Assembly (NCBI GenBank): GCA_016193335.1
Contig: JACPSK010000001.1
Location: forward strand, 279,424-343,423
Direction: 5' to 3'
DNA: 64,000 bases
Origin: Candidatus Magasanikiibacteriota bacterium
Lineage (GTDB): Bacteria; Patescibacteriota; Patescibacteriia; Magasanikbacterales; UBA922
Positions 1 through 9,074 of this stretch are shown one piece after another. The notes under the pieces were generated by a model. That model saw nothing but the letters and a program-made list of their open reading frames with translations. It did not search any database and was not told the DNA's origin. The first letter of the stretch is position 1; every line of letters starts with the position of its first letter. The position numbers and the translations under genes were made by a program.

Positions 1-176
1 GCGGAGCGTCTTAAAAAAGCGCGGAAGCAGGCTGAAAAACAAACAGTCTAAAAGACTGCTTTCATCGCAGGTTCTTGTCAATCTATCGCGGGGACCTGCA
101 ATTTCACGACAAAATCGGGATTAGAGCATCACGACTCAGTCGGGAAAGTCGCGGATTCGCGTTTACACTATTCTTT

Positions 177-250
177 GGACCGGTAGTTCAACTGGTTAGA
201 GCACCGCCCTGTCACGGCGGAAGTTGCGGGTTCGAGTCCCGTCCGGTCCG
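177..250 (+). tRNA. tRNA-Asp(GTC)
   Basis: Cloverleaf with acceptor stem GGACCGG/CCGGTCC, anticodon arm CCGCC-CT-GTC-AC-GGCGG and T-loop GGTTCGAGTCCC. CCA is not encoded. Confidence 0.97.
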
Positions 251-254
251 CATA

Positions 255-285
255 AATTAAAACTCCCCCGAAGGGAGTTTTAATT
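255..285 (+). terminator. Intrinsic terminator-like hairpin after tRNA-Asp
   Basis: AATTAAAACTCCC-ccgaa-GGGAGTTTTAATT inverted repeat with T-run. Confidence 0.7.
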
Positions 286-424
286 TTGCGAGAACGGAAG
301 CGACACAATAGTTTGTGTCGCGTCGGGACGAGAAGGCCGGAGCGATGTTTTGTGAGCTTGCCGGCGAGCAAAACCGCGAGGCCAGCCTGAATCCGAACGA
401 GTGGAAACGAATGAGAGGTGAAGG

Positions 425-444
425 CGAATCCCGTCCGGTCCGCA
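425..444 (+). repeat. Direct repeat of tRNA-Asp 3' end (att-like)
   Basis: CGAATCCCGTCCGGTCCGCA matches tRNA positions 233-252 (CGAGTCCCGTCCGGTCCGCA) at 19/20. Followed by hairpin ACTCCGC..GCGGAGT and a T-run (450-479). Confidence 0.85.
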
Positions 445-504
445 AAATTAACTCCGCTTGTTTTAGCGGAGTTTTTTTGTTGGAAAAAATGAGTTTGTAA
501 TTAC

Positions 505-1185
505 CTAGTTGAGATGTAGGATCTTCCGCAAAAGCGCCGGAACTTCTTTTTTGAAAAAAGACTTCACTTGGGGCCATGTAGCTTTGAAATAAATCTCCGG
601 TTCCGGGTCACTTTCCGCGTCCACAAAATACACCAAACTTTTCAGAATATGATGAAAATCGTGAGCAACAGACGGATACTGAATTTTTAATCTCTTAACG
701 GTATTTTCCAATGACTCAAGATGATTGGCGCACCAGTACAAATCAAAAAAATCTCTTTTCCTGCCACGCTGCGAGATAGCGACAATTTTCATGACCGCTA
801 TGTCCAGCGGATCCAAAATCCTTACTGTACCATGCCAGTGTGGTTTTTGTTTGGGAACAAAAAAGGGATAAGCGATAAAGCTAACCTTGGCTTTGAACAG
901 CTCACCGTAGATGGTATTTTCATCCTCGACTTGTATTGTCCAATCAGGGTTATCCAAAAATTTTGATAATAATCTCTTCATGTCAAAACTCTTTTTTTCA
1001 GTAAAAAAATCCAAATCAACAGATCTTCTATTCCCCGAATGGAGCGCAAGAGCAGTGCCTCCGGCCAAGTACCATTTAGACTTTTTAAGCCAATCTTGCT
1101 TTGACAAAAAATCAAAAGCTTTTTTGGTTTCTTTTGGTAATGTTTCAAAATGAAATGCTGCTAGCTGTGTGTTAGTAACTGCCAT
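505..1185 (-). CDS. AbiEii/AbiGii-family nucleotidyltransferase (type IV TA toxin)
   Basis: Motifs LAGGTALAL, RRSVDLDFF, MKIVAISQRGRKRDFFDLY. Confidence 0.88.
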   Translation of the reverse strand: MAVTNTQLAAFHFETLPKETKKAFDFLSKQDWLKKSKWYLAGGTALALHSGNRRSVDLDFFTEKKSFDMKRLLSKFLDNPDWTIQVEDENTIYGELFKAKVSFIAYPFFVPKQKPHWHGTVRILDPLDIAVMKIVAISQRGRKRDFFDLYWCANHLESLENTVKRLKIQYPSVAHDFHHILKSLVYFVDAESDPEPEIYFKATWPQVKSFFKKEVPALLRKILHLN

Positions 1186-1385
1186 AATTGTTTAGTTTTG
1201 GGTCGCAAACAGCGAGATTTACCAACTACTTTTTTTAAGTGTTTTTTATCGTAAAAATTCCACATCCACCTTACTTCCTTGTCATTGCCAAAATCCAAAA
1301 TTCGCTCGATAACATATTGAGCGTTTTTACGCGGATCTATGTTCTTTGGATTGGTATCCCAAAATAATGCTTGTCTGAATTTCAT
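1161..1385 (-). CDS. DUF6922-like small antitoxin partner
   Basis: LFWD...YVIERILDFG motif typical of small proteins upstream of AbiEii NTases. Overlaps the toxin start. Confidence 0.75.
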   Translation of the reverse strand: MKFRQALFWDTNPKNIDPRKNAQYVIERILDFGNDKEVRWMWNFYDKKHLKKVVGKSRCLRPKTKQLWQLLTHS

Positions 1386-1450
1386 ACCCTAATTATATCA
1401 AAAAATAGAGCATTCGGCAACCGCATTTATAATCGGATTTCATGAAAAAA

Positions 1451-1511
1451 GTTCTAATCCCGTCTCGTCGGTCCCGCATAAAAAACTCTGCTGAATACAG
1501 CAGAGTTTTTT
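1451..1511 (+). repeat. Degenerate third copy of tRNA-Asp 3' end plus terminator hairpin
   Basis: GTTCTAATCCCGTC..CGGTCCCGCATA resembles GTTCGAGTCCCGTCCGGTCCGCATA. Followed by AAAAACTCTGCTG-aata-CAGCAGAGTTTTT. Confidence 0.6.
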
Positions 1512-1641
1512 ATTGACAACGGATGGGATTGTAGTAGAAAAAAAAGCAACCCATTCATGAGTCACTAATAATTTTGAGCCGGGTTCTAGTGACATAAACG
1601 AAAATGATGTCGAATAAACATCTTTGACGAGCGGCATCAGA

Positions 1642-1670
1642 TTGACAAGAGCTCTCCAAACCGCTATAAT
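1642..1670 (+). promoter_or_regulatory. Consensus sigma70 promoter of ABC-F gene
   Basis: TTGACA-17 nt-TATAAT, 23 nt upstream of the ATG at 1694. Confidence 0.8.
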
Positions 1671-1693
1671 AGCGGCCACTTTACTGATTATCT

Positions 1694-3166
1694 ATGTCCA
1701 CAGGGAATGTCATTATCCGTTTCGACAATGTTTCGTTTCAGTACACCGAAGACAAACCGATTTTGGAAGAAGTAAATTTTTCGATACGCGAAGACGCCAA
1801 AATCACCATTATGGGCCAAAACGGAGCGGGCAAGAGCACGATTCTGAAACTGATCTGCGGAGCCGCGCATGTGAACATGGTTGAAACGCTCAAGCCGCGA
1901 GAAGGCTCAGTGCACATTCGCGACCAGGCTTCTATTGGCATCGCGCTCCAGGTCATGCCAAAACATTTTTTTGATCATAACATTACAGACTATTTTGCCA
2001 CTGCCTTTAGCGAACAAAAATATAATTTGGAAAAATTGATCACCGATGTCTTGAAAGTCGTTGATCTCTCCATTCCGCTTACTAAAAAAGTAAAAGAATT
2101 GTCCGGAGGCCAGCAAGCCCGCTTACTTTTGGCCTACGCCCTTATACAGAAGCCGGACATTTTGCTCCTCGACGAACCAACCAATAATCTGGACGCGGAC
2201 GGAATCGCGCATCTGACCGGATTCCTTATGATATACGAAAAAACCGTGATCGTCATTTCCCATGACGCGAATTTTCTGAACGCGTTCACAGACGGTGTTT
2301 TGAACGTGGATCTTCATACCAAAAAAGTGGAACAATACCTGGGCAATTATTTTAACGTCGTAGAACAAATCACGGCGCAAATCGAACGTGAAGAAAAAAA
2401 GAACGCACAGCTTAGACGAAATATCCAAGACCGCAAAGATAAAGTGAATTTTTTCGCGCACAAAGGCGGCAAGATGCGCAAACTTGCGAGCAAACTCAGA
2501 GAAGAAGTGGCTGAGGACGAAGAAAACATGGTAGAGGTGAAACGCGATGACAAAACAATCCGCGAATTCAGCATTCCGGCCCAAGCCTGCTCTGACGTGG
2601 TGGTGAAAATTTCCTCGGTCGGAATTATCAAAAATCATGAAGTGACGGAAAAACCCGTTTCCGTTAGCTTGTGGAAAAAGGATCGCTTGCAAATTGTAGG
2701 GCCGAACGGCATTGGCAAAAGCACGCTCCTTAGGACCTTGGCGCTTGGAGAATCAAACGGCGCAAAAATTGAGAGCGGAATAAAAGTCGGCTATTATCGC
2801 CAAGACTTTTCCGGGCTCGATTTCTCTAAAACCGTGTACGAATCACTCGCGGAAATGATGGACACGCCTGACAATCAAAGCATCTACGCCACCGGAGCCT
2901 CGTTTTTGCTTACGGCCGAACTCATAAAAAATTCCGTTGGCTCGCTTTCTGAAGGCCAAAAAGGATTGCTCTGCTACGCGCGTTTTGTGTTGCAAAAACC
3001 CGGTCTCCTAATTTTGGATGAACCTACCAATCACATTAATTTCCGTCATTTGCCCATTATCGCCAAAGCAATTGATGAATTCGGCGGCGCGGTTATTTTG
3101 GTGTCTCACATGCCCGAATTTATGGAGCAAATTAAGATTACGCAGGAACTGGATTTGGCACGCTAG
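1694..3166 (+). CDS. ABC-F family ATP-binding protein
   Basis: Two NBDs (GQNGAGKS / LSGGQ / LLLDEPTN and GPNGIGKS / LSEGQ / LILDEPTN), no TM segments, coiled-coil linker. Confidence 0.92.
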   Translation: MSTGNVIIRFDNVSFQYTEDKPILEEVNFSIREDAKITIMGQNGAGKSTILKLICGAAHVNMVETLKPREGSVHIRDQASIGIALQVMPKHFFDHNITDYFATAFSEQKYNLEKLITDVLKVVDLSIPLTKKVKELSGGQQARLLLAYALIQKPDILLLDEPTNNLDADGIAHLTGFLMIYEKTVIVISHDANFLNAFTDGVLNVDLHTKKVEQYLGNYFNVVEQITAQIEREEKKNAQLRRNIQDRKDKVNFFAHKGGKMRKLASKLREEVAEDEENMVEVKRDDKTIREFSIPAQACSDVVVKISSVGIIKNHEVTEKPVSVSLWKKDRLQIVGPNGIGKSTLLRTLALGESNGAKIESGIKVGYYRQDFSGLDFSKTVYESLAEMMDTPDNQSIYATGASFLLTAELIKNSVGSLSEGQKGLLCYARFVLQKPGLLILDEPTNHINFRHLPIIAKAIDEFGGAVILVSHMPEFMEQIKITQELDLAR

Positions 3167-3251
3167 AATCCAAGGAAAAAATCAAAGCATATTCAAAAAA
3201 ACTGGCGAATGAGGCCAGTTTTTTCGTTTATGAAAAATTATCCAAAGTGTC

Positions 3252-6200
3252 TTATTCTCCGATATCCTCCGCGTCACAAACTTTCCATCCTTCAGGCACG
3301 GCGCAAGGCGTGGAAAAAATTTGGCACTGCACGCCCGCGCCGCTTTCCTTGGCATAGGTTATCATCTGAGCGCAGAGTCTTTTTTCTCGAACATCCCAAT
3401 GATTATAAACCGGCTTAGTATCAGTTTCAGGATTCTGTAATTTTATACCGGAGAGAAGCGAACCCCAATCCTCGCTCTTTACGTTTATTTCCAAAATGCC
3501 GCCTTCTTCGTCCAAAGGAACTTCCAAAATTATTAAGCGAGGCTCATCGCCAGGAATCCGATACAATTTTGAAGCTATATTTTGATAGAGAAAATCCTCT
3601 TTTTGAGAATCGGGAATAGGGTGAACGAGCAATTGCTTGAATATACTCAAGTATCCGCTCCCATCTTCGCTATTGATTGTCAGTCCTCCGTTCCATTGCT
3701 CCAAAGTCCAGGAACTGGGATACTCCATTTCGAAATTCGCGAAGGTATTATTTTTTATCAATGAACGCTGGGCTTTGAGCTCTTGGTCTTTCTGTTGCAA
3801 AACTTTTTCAACCGCCCGCTCTCGAATGCTCGCCGGTGTAATGTTCAATTCCGAACCGCGAGGAAAAGAACCTGCGGGATTCAAGACATCGGCGCAGCCG
3901 GCACCCAAGCTCATGAAACCGGCACTAAGGACGCCAAGAGCAAGCACCAAACTCACAAAAGCCTTATTGGTTCTTCTTCCTGTCTTTCCCAAGGTTTTTT
4001 CCGCGTACGCTACGCGCTCTCTCACACCGAGCACCGTATCCGGATTAAGAGAAATGCTGTCTATCCCCTGCTGAACCAAAAATTCAGCGAATTCAGGATT
4101 ATCGCTTGGCGCTTGGCCGCAAATCCCCACGGTTTTTTTGTATTTGTGAGCACTTTTTATTACCTGTTTAATGAGTGTCTTGACCGATTCGTCATCTTCG
4201 CTGTAGAGAGAACTTAAACGATCCGAATCACGATCAACGCCCAAAACCAATTGGGTGAGGTCATTGGAACCTATGCTGAATCCATCAAAAAGTTTCGCGT
4301 ATTCTTCGGCCAAAATGACATTCGAAGGAATTTCACACATCACAAATACTTTGAGCCCCTTCTGTCCTTGTTTAAGTCCATACTCTTCCATGGTCTTGAG
4401 GACTTTTTGACCTTCTTCCGGCGTGCGGCAAAAAGGAACCATCACAACAATATTGTCGAGACCCCATTCTTCGCGCGCTTTTTGTATGGCCTGGCATTCC
4501 AATTTGAAAGCAGGCTTGTAAGCCTTGGAATAATATCTGCTTGCTCCTCTCCAGCCGAGCATTGGATTTTCTTCTTTTGGTTCAAACTCAGCTCCTCCCA
4601 CCAGCGTGGCGTATTCATTGGTTTTGAAATCGCTCAGGCGCACCACCACTTCTTTGGGATAAGACGAAACGGCAATCCGCGCTATACCTTCCGCCAATTT
4701 ATCCACGCAATAATCCGTTTTCTTGGAATATCCCAAGGTGAGTTCGGCTATTTTTTTCTTTGCTTTTTTGTCTTTTAGTTTTGCGTAATGAACCAAAGCC
4801 AAAGGATGAATTCTTATAAAATTGCTGAAAATAAATTCAAGACGCGCCAATCCGATTCCATCATTGGGCAAAAAAGACAGAGAAAAAGCGTTATGGGGAT
4901 CTCCCATATTCATCATTATCTTTGTCTTGGTAGACGGAATATTTTGGATGGTAGAACGCTTGAGTTCGTAAGGCAGGATCCCTTTATAAATTCTGCCTTC
5001 TTCCCCTTCAGCGCAGCTCACGGTTATATTTGTTCCATCTTTAAGCACTTTTGTGGCGTTCTCTACTCCCACCACGCAAGGTACTCCCAATTCTCTCGAA
5101 ACAATCGCGGCATGGCTGGTCTTTCCGCCTTTTTCCGTTACAATCGCGCCGGCGATTCGCATGATGGGTTCCCAATCAGGATCTGTAACATGAGTTACCA
5201 AAACTTCGCCTTTTTTAAGAGACTTCATTTCTGAAGGTTTTTGTATGACACGCACTTTGCCCGCTCCGATTTTTTGCCCCACGGCCACTCCGGACAAAAG
5301 CAATTCGCCCTTATGTTTTAAACGATAGACCTCAAGAAAAGCATGATCTGAAAGGCTTTTTACGGTTTCCGGTCTTGCCTGCACAATAAAAAATTCACCC
5401 GTTTCTCCATCTTTGGCCCATTCTATGTCTTGCGGCTTCCCATAGTGCTCTTCTATAAGAAGAGCCCACTGCGCGAGCTGTAATGCTTCAGCTTCGTTCA
5501 GACAAAAACGATGTTGGTCTTTGGCAGACACCACCTGCTGTTTTGTCCCCGCGCTTTTCCCCGATACGAGTTTGATGTCTTTTTTGCCCAAAATCTTACT
5601 GATGAGAGCTTTTTTACCTTTTCTGAGTCCTTCTTTGAAAATATAATATTGGTCCGGATTTACTTTTCCTTTTACCACGTATTCTCCAAGACCATAGGAA
5701 GCGTCTATAAGCACCACACCCTGAAATCCGGATTCAGTATCCAAAGTAAACATAACGCCGCTGACTCCATTTTCCGCTCGGACCATGCGTTGTACTGCCA
5801 CAGAAAGAGCGACTTCCAAATGATCATAGCCTTTTGTTTCCCTATACGAGAGCGCTCGATCGGTAAAAAGTGATGCCATGCATTTGTGCACCGCTGATAG
5901 AACGGCTTTTTCTCCTCGTATGTTTAAAAAAGATTCTTGCTGACCCGCGAAACTGGCGGCTGGCAGATCTTCTGCCGTGGCGCTGGAACGGACCGCCACC
6001 AGACCGGGATCTCCGGACTTGGCGAGCGTTTTGTAAGCAAGAACTATTTCTTTTTGCAGAGTAAGAGGCAAAGAAGTGCTCATGATGAGTTTGCGCGCGG
6101 ATGAAGCCACGCGTTTCAATTGGCCAATATCGCGAACATCCACATTTTTGAGCAAAATTTTCAGCTTCTTTTTAAGCCCGGTGGATTCCAAAAAATCGCG

Positions 6201-6371
6201 GTATGCCCTTGCCGTGACCGCAAAACCGTCTGGCACGCGGATACCTTTTCTGCCGAGTTTGCCATACATTTCTCCCAGAGACGCGGTTTTGCCGCCAACC
6301 AAAGGAACATCTTGTATGGAGATGTCTTTGAACCAGAGAATACGCTGAAGTTCTCTTGAATCTGATTTCAT
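3252..6371 (-). CDS. ppsA: Phosphoenolpyruvate synthase with extra C-terminal membrane anchor and external domain
   Basis: VGGK, AVRSSATAED, SFAGQ, phospho-His motif GGKTSHAAIVSRELG, ENPMLGWRG, FSIGSNDLTQL, GICGQAPSD. About 245 extra residues follow the usual C-terminus. Start at MKSD (6371) preferred. Confidence 0.93.
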   Translation of the reverse strand: MKSDSRELQRILWFKDISIQDVPLVGGKTASLGEMYGKLGRKGIRVPDGFAVTARAYRDFLESTGLKKKLKILLKNVDVRDIGQLKRVASSARKLIMSTSLPLTLQKEIVLAYKTLAKSGDPGLVAVRSSATAEDLPAASFAGQQESFLNIRGEKAVLSAVHKCMASLFTDRALSYRETKGYDHLEVALSVAVQRMVRAENGVSGVMFTLDTESGFQGVVLIDASYGLGEYVVKGKVNPDQYYIFKEGLRKGKKALISKILGKKDIKLVSGKSAGTKQQVVSAKDQHRFCLNEAEALQLAQWALLIEEHYGKPQDIEWAKDGETGEFFIVQARPETVKSLSDHAFLEVYRLKHKGELLLSGVAVGQKIGAGKVRVIQKPSEMKSLKKGEVLVTHVTDPDWEPIMRIAGAIVTEKGGKTSHAAIVSRELGVPCVVGVENATKVLKDGTNITVSCAEGEEGRIYKGILPYELKRSTIQNIPSTKTKIMMNMGDPHNAFSLSFLPNDGIGLARLEFIFSNFIRIHPLALVHYAKLKDKKAKKKIAELTLGYSKKTDYCVDKLAEGIARIAVSSYPKEVVVRLSDFKTNEYATLVGGAEFEPKEENPMLGWRGASRYYSKAYKPAFKLECQAIQKAREEWGLDNIVVMVPFCRTPEEGQKVLKTMEEYGLKQGQKGLKVFVMCEIPSNVILAEEYAKLFDGFSIGSNDLTQLVLGVDRDSDRLSSLYSEDDESVKTLIKQVIKSAHKYKKTVGICGQAPSDNPEFAEFLVQQGIDSISLNPDTVLGVRERVAYAEKTLGKTGRRTNKAFVSLVLALGVLSAGFMSLGAGCADVLNPAGSFPRGSELNITPASIRERAVEKVLQQKDQELKAQRSLIKNNTFANFEMEYPSSWTLEQWNGGLTINSEDGSGYLSIFKQLLVHPIPDSQKEDFLYQNIASKLYRIPGDEPRLIILEVPLDEEGGILEINVKSEDWGSLLSGIKLQNPETDTKPVYNHWDVREKRLCAQMITYAKESGAGVQCQIFSTPCAVPEGWKVCDAEDIGE

Positions 6372-6436
6372 GGCAAAAATAAGGTCTGAATGAGACAAAA
6401 ATCAGTATAACACAAAAAGCAGTTAAAAAACAAAAA

Positions 6437-7873
6437 TCAAACCTCTCTCACTTCGAGGACATTCACATGCCCGGATTCCCCCACCGGCTCTCCGGCGACC
6501 ACAATGATCTTGTCGCCCTTTTTTACTTGTTTATGTTTTTTTAGATAAACCATTGAACGCTCCACCAACTCTTCTATGGTTCTGCAAGGCGGGAGGACAA
6601 AAGGCGCCAGACCCCAAGACAAATTTAGCTGACGTTCTGTCCGCTCTGAATTGGTAGCCACCACGACCGGAAACTCAGGCCTGTTGCGGCTGATGAGCCG
6701 GCCTGTTTCTCCGCTGATGGAAGCGGCCAAAATAAGTTTTGCCCCAAGATCTTCGGCCGCCATCCGCGACATACGACTGATCACTTCATCCACAGAATGT
6801 TTTTTATGCGGGTTCTCCCGCGGGTGCAAGTCATCATAAGCGGATTCTTCGGTTTTCTCTATGATTTCCGACATGGTCTGGACAGTCTCCACCGGGTATT
6901 TTCCCGTGGCGGTTTCGTTGGAAAGCATTACCGCGTCCGCGTGGTCTATCACCGCGTTTGCCACGTCCGAGACTTCGGCTCTGGTAGGACGAGGATTATT
7001 TTGCATGGAATCGAGCATCTGTGTCGCCACGATAACCGGCTTTGCGTGATCAAGAGCCAAATCTATCAATTTTTTTTGCGTGAGTGGGACTTCGGCGGCC
7101 GGAATTTCTATGCCCAAGTCTCCGCGAGCCACCATGATGCCATCCACTACTTCGAGAATTTCGAGTATGTTCTGAACAGCTTTGCCTCGTTCTATTTTTG
7201 CGATTATTCTAATCGGCTGATCGGACACGATACCGCATTCTTTCTCATATTCTTTTATAAGATAACGTAAATCCAATATATCTTTGGCGCTGGTAACGAA
7301 GGAGAGCGCCATCAGGTCTACCTTCTGTTCGACTCCAAAACGCGCGTCCTTTTTGTCTTTTTCCGTAAGCGAGCTTACACTCAGATGCGAATCCGGTATA
7401 TTGATACCTTTGTGCGAGGTGATGGAACCGGAATTCAAAACCTTTGCGCTGATCCGAGTTCCTTCGACGCTTTCAATTTTTGTGCCCGTACGTCCATCAT
7501 TGAGCAGAAGCCGTTCTCCGCTCTGTACATGGGTATGCAATTCTTTGTAATCAACCGGAATCGCGGCGCCTTTATAGCTGTCTATGCTGGTGTCAAAAAT
7601 CACCGTGTCTCCTTCTTTTAATTCTATCCCCTCACCAGGCAAGACTCCAACTCTGATTTTAGGCCCTTGAAGATCTTGAAGCACGGCTATGGGTTCTCCG
7701 GTCTTTTTTCCAACCGAGCGAATATGTTCTATGAGCATCTGATGATTTTCATAGGTTCCATGTGAAAAATTCAAGCGAGCGATATTCATGCCGGCTTTAA
7801 CCATGGCGGTTATTTTCTCTATATTTTCGCAAGCAGGACCGATGGTACACACTATTTTCGTTCTTTTTTTCAT
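6437..7873 (-). CDS. pyk: Pyruvate kinase
   Basis: KRTKIVCTIGPA, RLNFSHG, DLQGPKIR, IIAKIE, MVARGDLG, ATQMLDSM, PTRAEVSDVANA. Confidence 0.97.
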   Translation of the reverse strand: MKKRTKIVCTIGPACENIEKITAMVKAGMNIARLNFSHGTYENHQMLIEHIRSVGKKTGEPIAVLQDLQGPKIRVGVLPGEGIELKEGDTVIFDTSIDSYKGAAIPVDYKELHTHVQSGERLLLNDGRTGTKIESVEGTRISAKVLNSGSITSHKGINIPDSHLSVSSLTEKDKKDARFGVEQKVDLMALSFVTSAKDILDLRYLIKEYEKECGIVSDQPIRIIAKIERGKAVQNILEILEVVDGIMVARGDLGIEIPAAEVPLTQKKLIDLALDHAKPVIVATQMLDSMQNNPRPTRAEVSDVANAVIDHADAVMLSNETATGKYPVETVQTMSEIIEKTEESAYDDLHPRENPHKKHSVDEVISRMSRMAAEDLGAKLILAASISGETGRLISRNRPEFPVVVATNSERTERQLNLSWGLAPFVLPPCRTIEELVERSMVYLKKHKQVKKGDKIIVVAGEPVGESGHVNVLEVREV

Positions 7874-7956
7874 AAACAGCGTTTCGTATGATTAATAACC
7901 GGACAAGACTAAATAAAAAATTCAAGAGGAGCCGACCCCGCGTAGGGATATTAATT

Positions 7957-8382
7957 TTATTGAGGGTTTGGAGATTTTCCCGAGTATTGGTCGGGTCTTC
8001 CCACGTTCATTTGTTTGGATTCCAAAAAACGATCCACAGAAACTCCGGGAGGCAAAAACTGTTCTATGATAGAGCCGATATCACCCAAGGGAAGGCCCGC
8101 TGAAGAAGATCCGACAAACTGACTGTAAGTCTTTGTGAATTCGCGTATGAGAGGCGGCAAATAAATGGCGCCGAGAATAAAGGGGGCCAGGAACAAACAT
8201 AACTTGATATAATCTCCCACCGCTATGACCGTGAGCCGCCGTTTTATTTTTTTATTTTGCTGATAGATAAGCTCAGACCATTTGATATTTTTTTCCACTA
8301 ATTCCCGAAGCGACCCGTCAATATCCGGCGTATCTTGGATAGGCTTTTCCACTTTAGCCCTATCTTCATGAAGGGTGGTCAT
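7957..8382 (-). CDS. Hypothetical single-pass membrane protein
   Basis: Coiled-coil followed by hydrophobic helix (LCLFLAPFILGAIYLPP). Co-oriented directly after nrdR. Start uncertain (8382 or 8424). Confidence 0.65.
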   Translation of the reverse strand: MTTLHEDRAKVEKPIQDTPDIDGSLRELVEKNIKWSELIYQQNKKIKRRLTVIAVGDYIKLCLFLAPFILGAIYLPPLIREFTKTYSQFVGSSSAGLPLGDIGSIIEQFLPPGVSVDRFLESKQMNVGRPDQYSGKSPNPQ

Positions 8383-8425
8383 ATTAGGTATGTGAAGTAT
8401 AAAAATTTTTGCGAATAATCTCAAC

Positions 8426-8905
8426 TCAGAAATTTTTTTCTATATGATTTTTCTTCCCGCGTTTCAAAGATTTAATTTCATTTTCAAAAGTATGCACATC
8501 TTCAAAAGCCCGATAAATGGAAGCAAAACGTATATAAGCCACTTTATCAAAATGCTTCAAGTGTTTCATCACTGATTCACCGATCTCAGAACTGGTGATT
8601 TCGCGACGCTTCTTTTTTTGGAGATCGCGCTCTATGGCATACATGAGCCGATCGAACTTCTCCCCTGTATAGGGACGTTTGGTGAGGGATTGCAAAATAC
8701 CGTTTTGCAATTTCCCCCTGCTATAGGCTTCCCGACGTCCGTCGTTTTTTACGACCGTGATATCGAGAACCTCCATTTGCTCCACCGTTGAAAAACGATA
8801 CGAACACTTTACGCATTCCCGACGCCTCCTCACCGACATTCCGTCCTGGGTTATGCGAGAATCTATAACCTTGGTTTCTCGGGATCTACAGACCGGACAG
8901 TTCAT
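8426..8905 (-). CDS. nrdR: Transcriptional repressor NrdR
   Basis: Zn ribbon CPVC..VIDSR..RRRRECVKC..RFSTVE, ATP cone, DKVAYIRFASIYR. Confidence 0.96.
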   Translation of the reverse strand: MNCPVCRSRETKVIDSRITQDGMSVRRRRECVKCSYRFSTVEQMEVLDITVVKNDGRREAYSRGKLQNGILQSLTKRPYTGEKFDRLMYAIERDLQKKKRREITSSEIGESVMKHLKHFDKVAYIRFASIYRAFEDVHTFENEIKSLKRGKKNHIEKNF

Positions 8906-9074
8906 ATAGCTTGCAAATAGTATTCAATAAAATGCCTCTCTGTAAAGGCTCAAAAAACATTATAAATATATCACATTAAAAATGCCCTGCAAAGCAGGAC
9001 ATTGTTTCAAATTTAACTGATCCGAAACTGGCTCAAAATTATTTTCGAGATAGACTCCAGATAAACAACAAAAT

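Noticed and set aside
1-51. 3' end of an upstream CDS (AERLKKARKQAEKQTV*)
   Set aside because: Too short to identify or support as a feature.
75-577. Short ORFs over tRNA-Asp and its downstream element
   Set aside because: They overlap the tRNA and hairpins and have no protein motifs.
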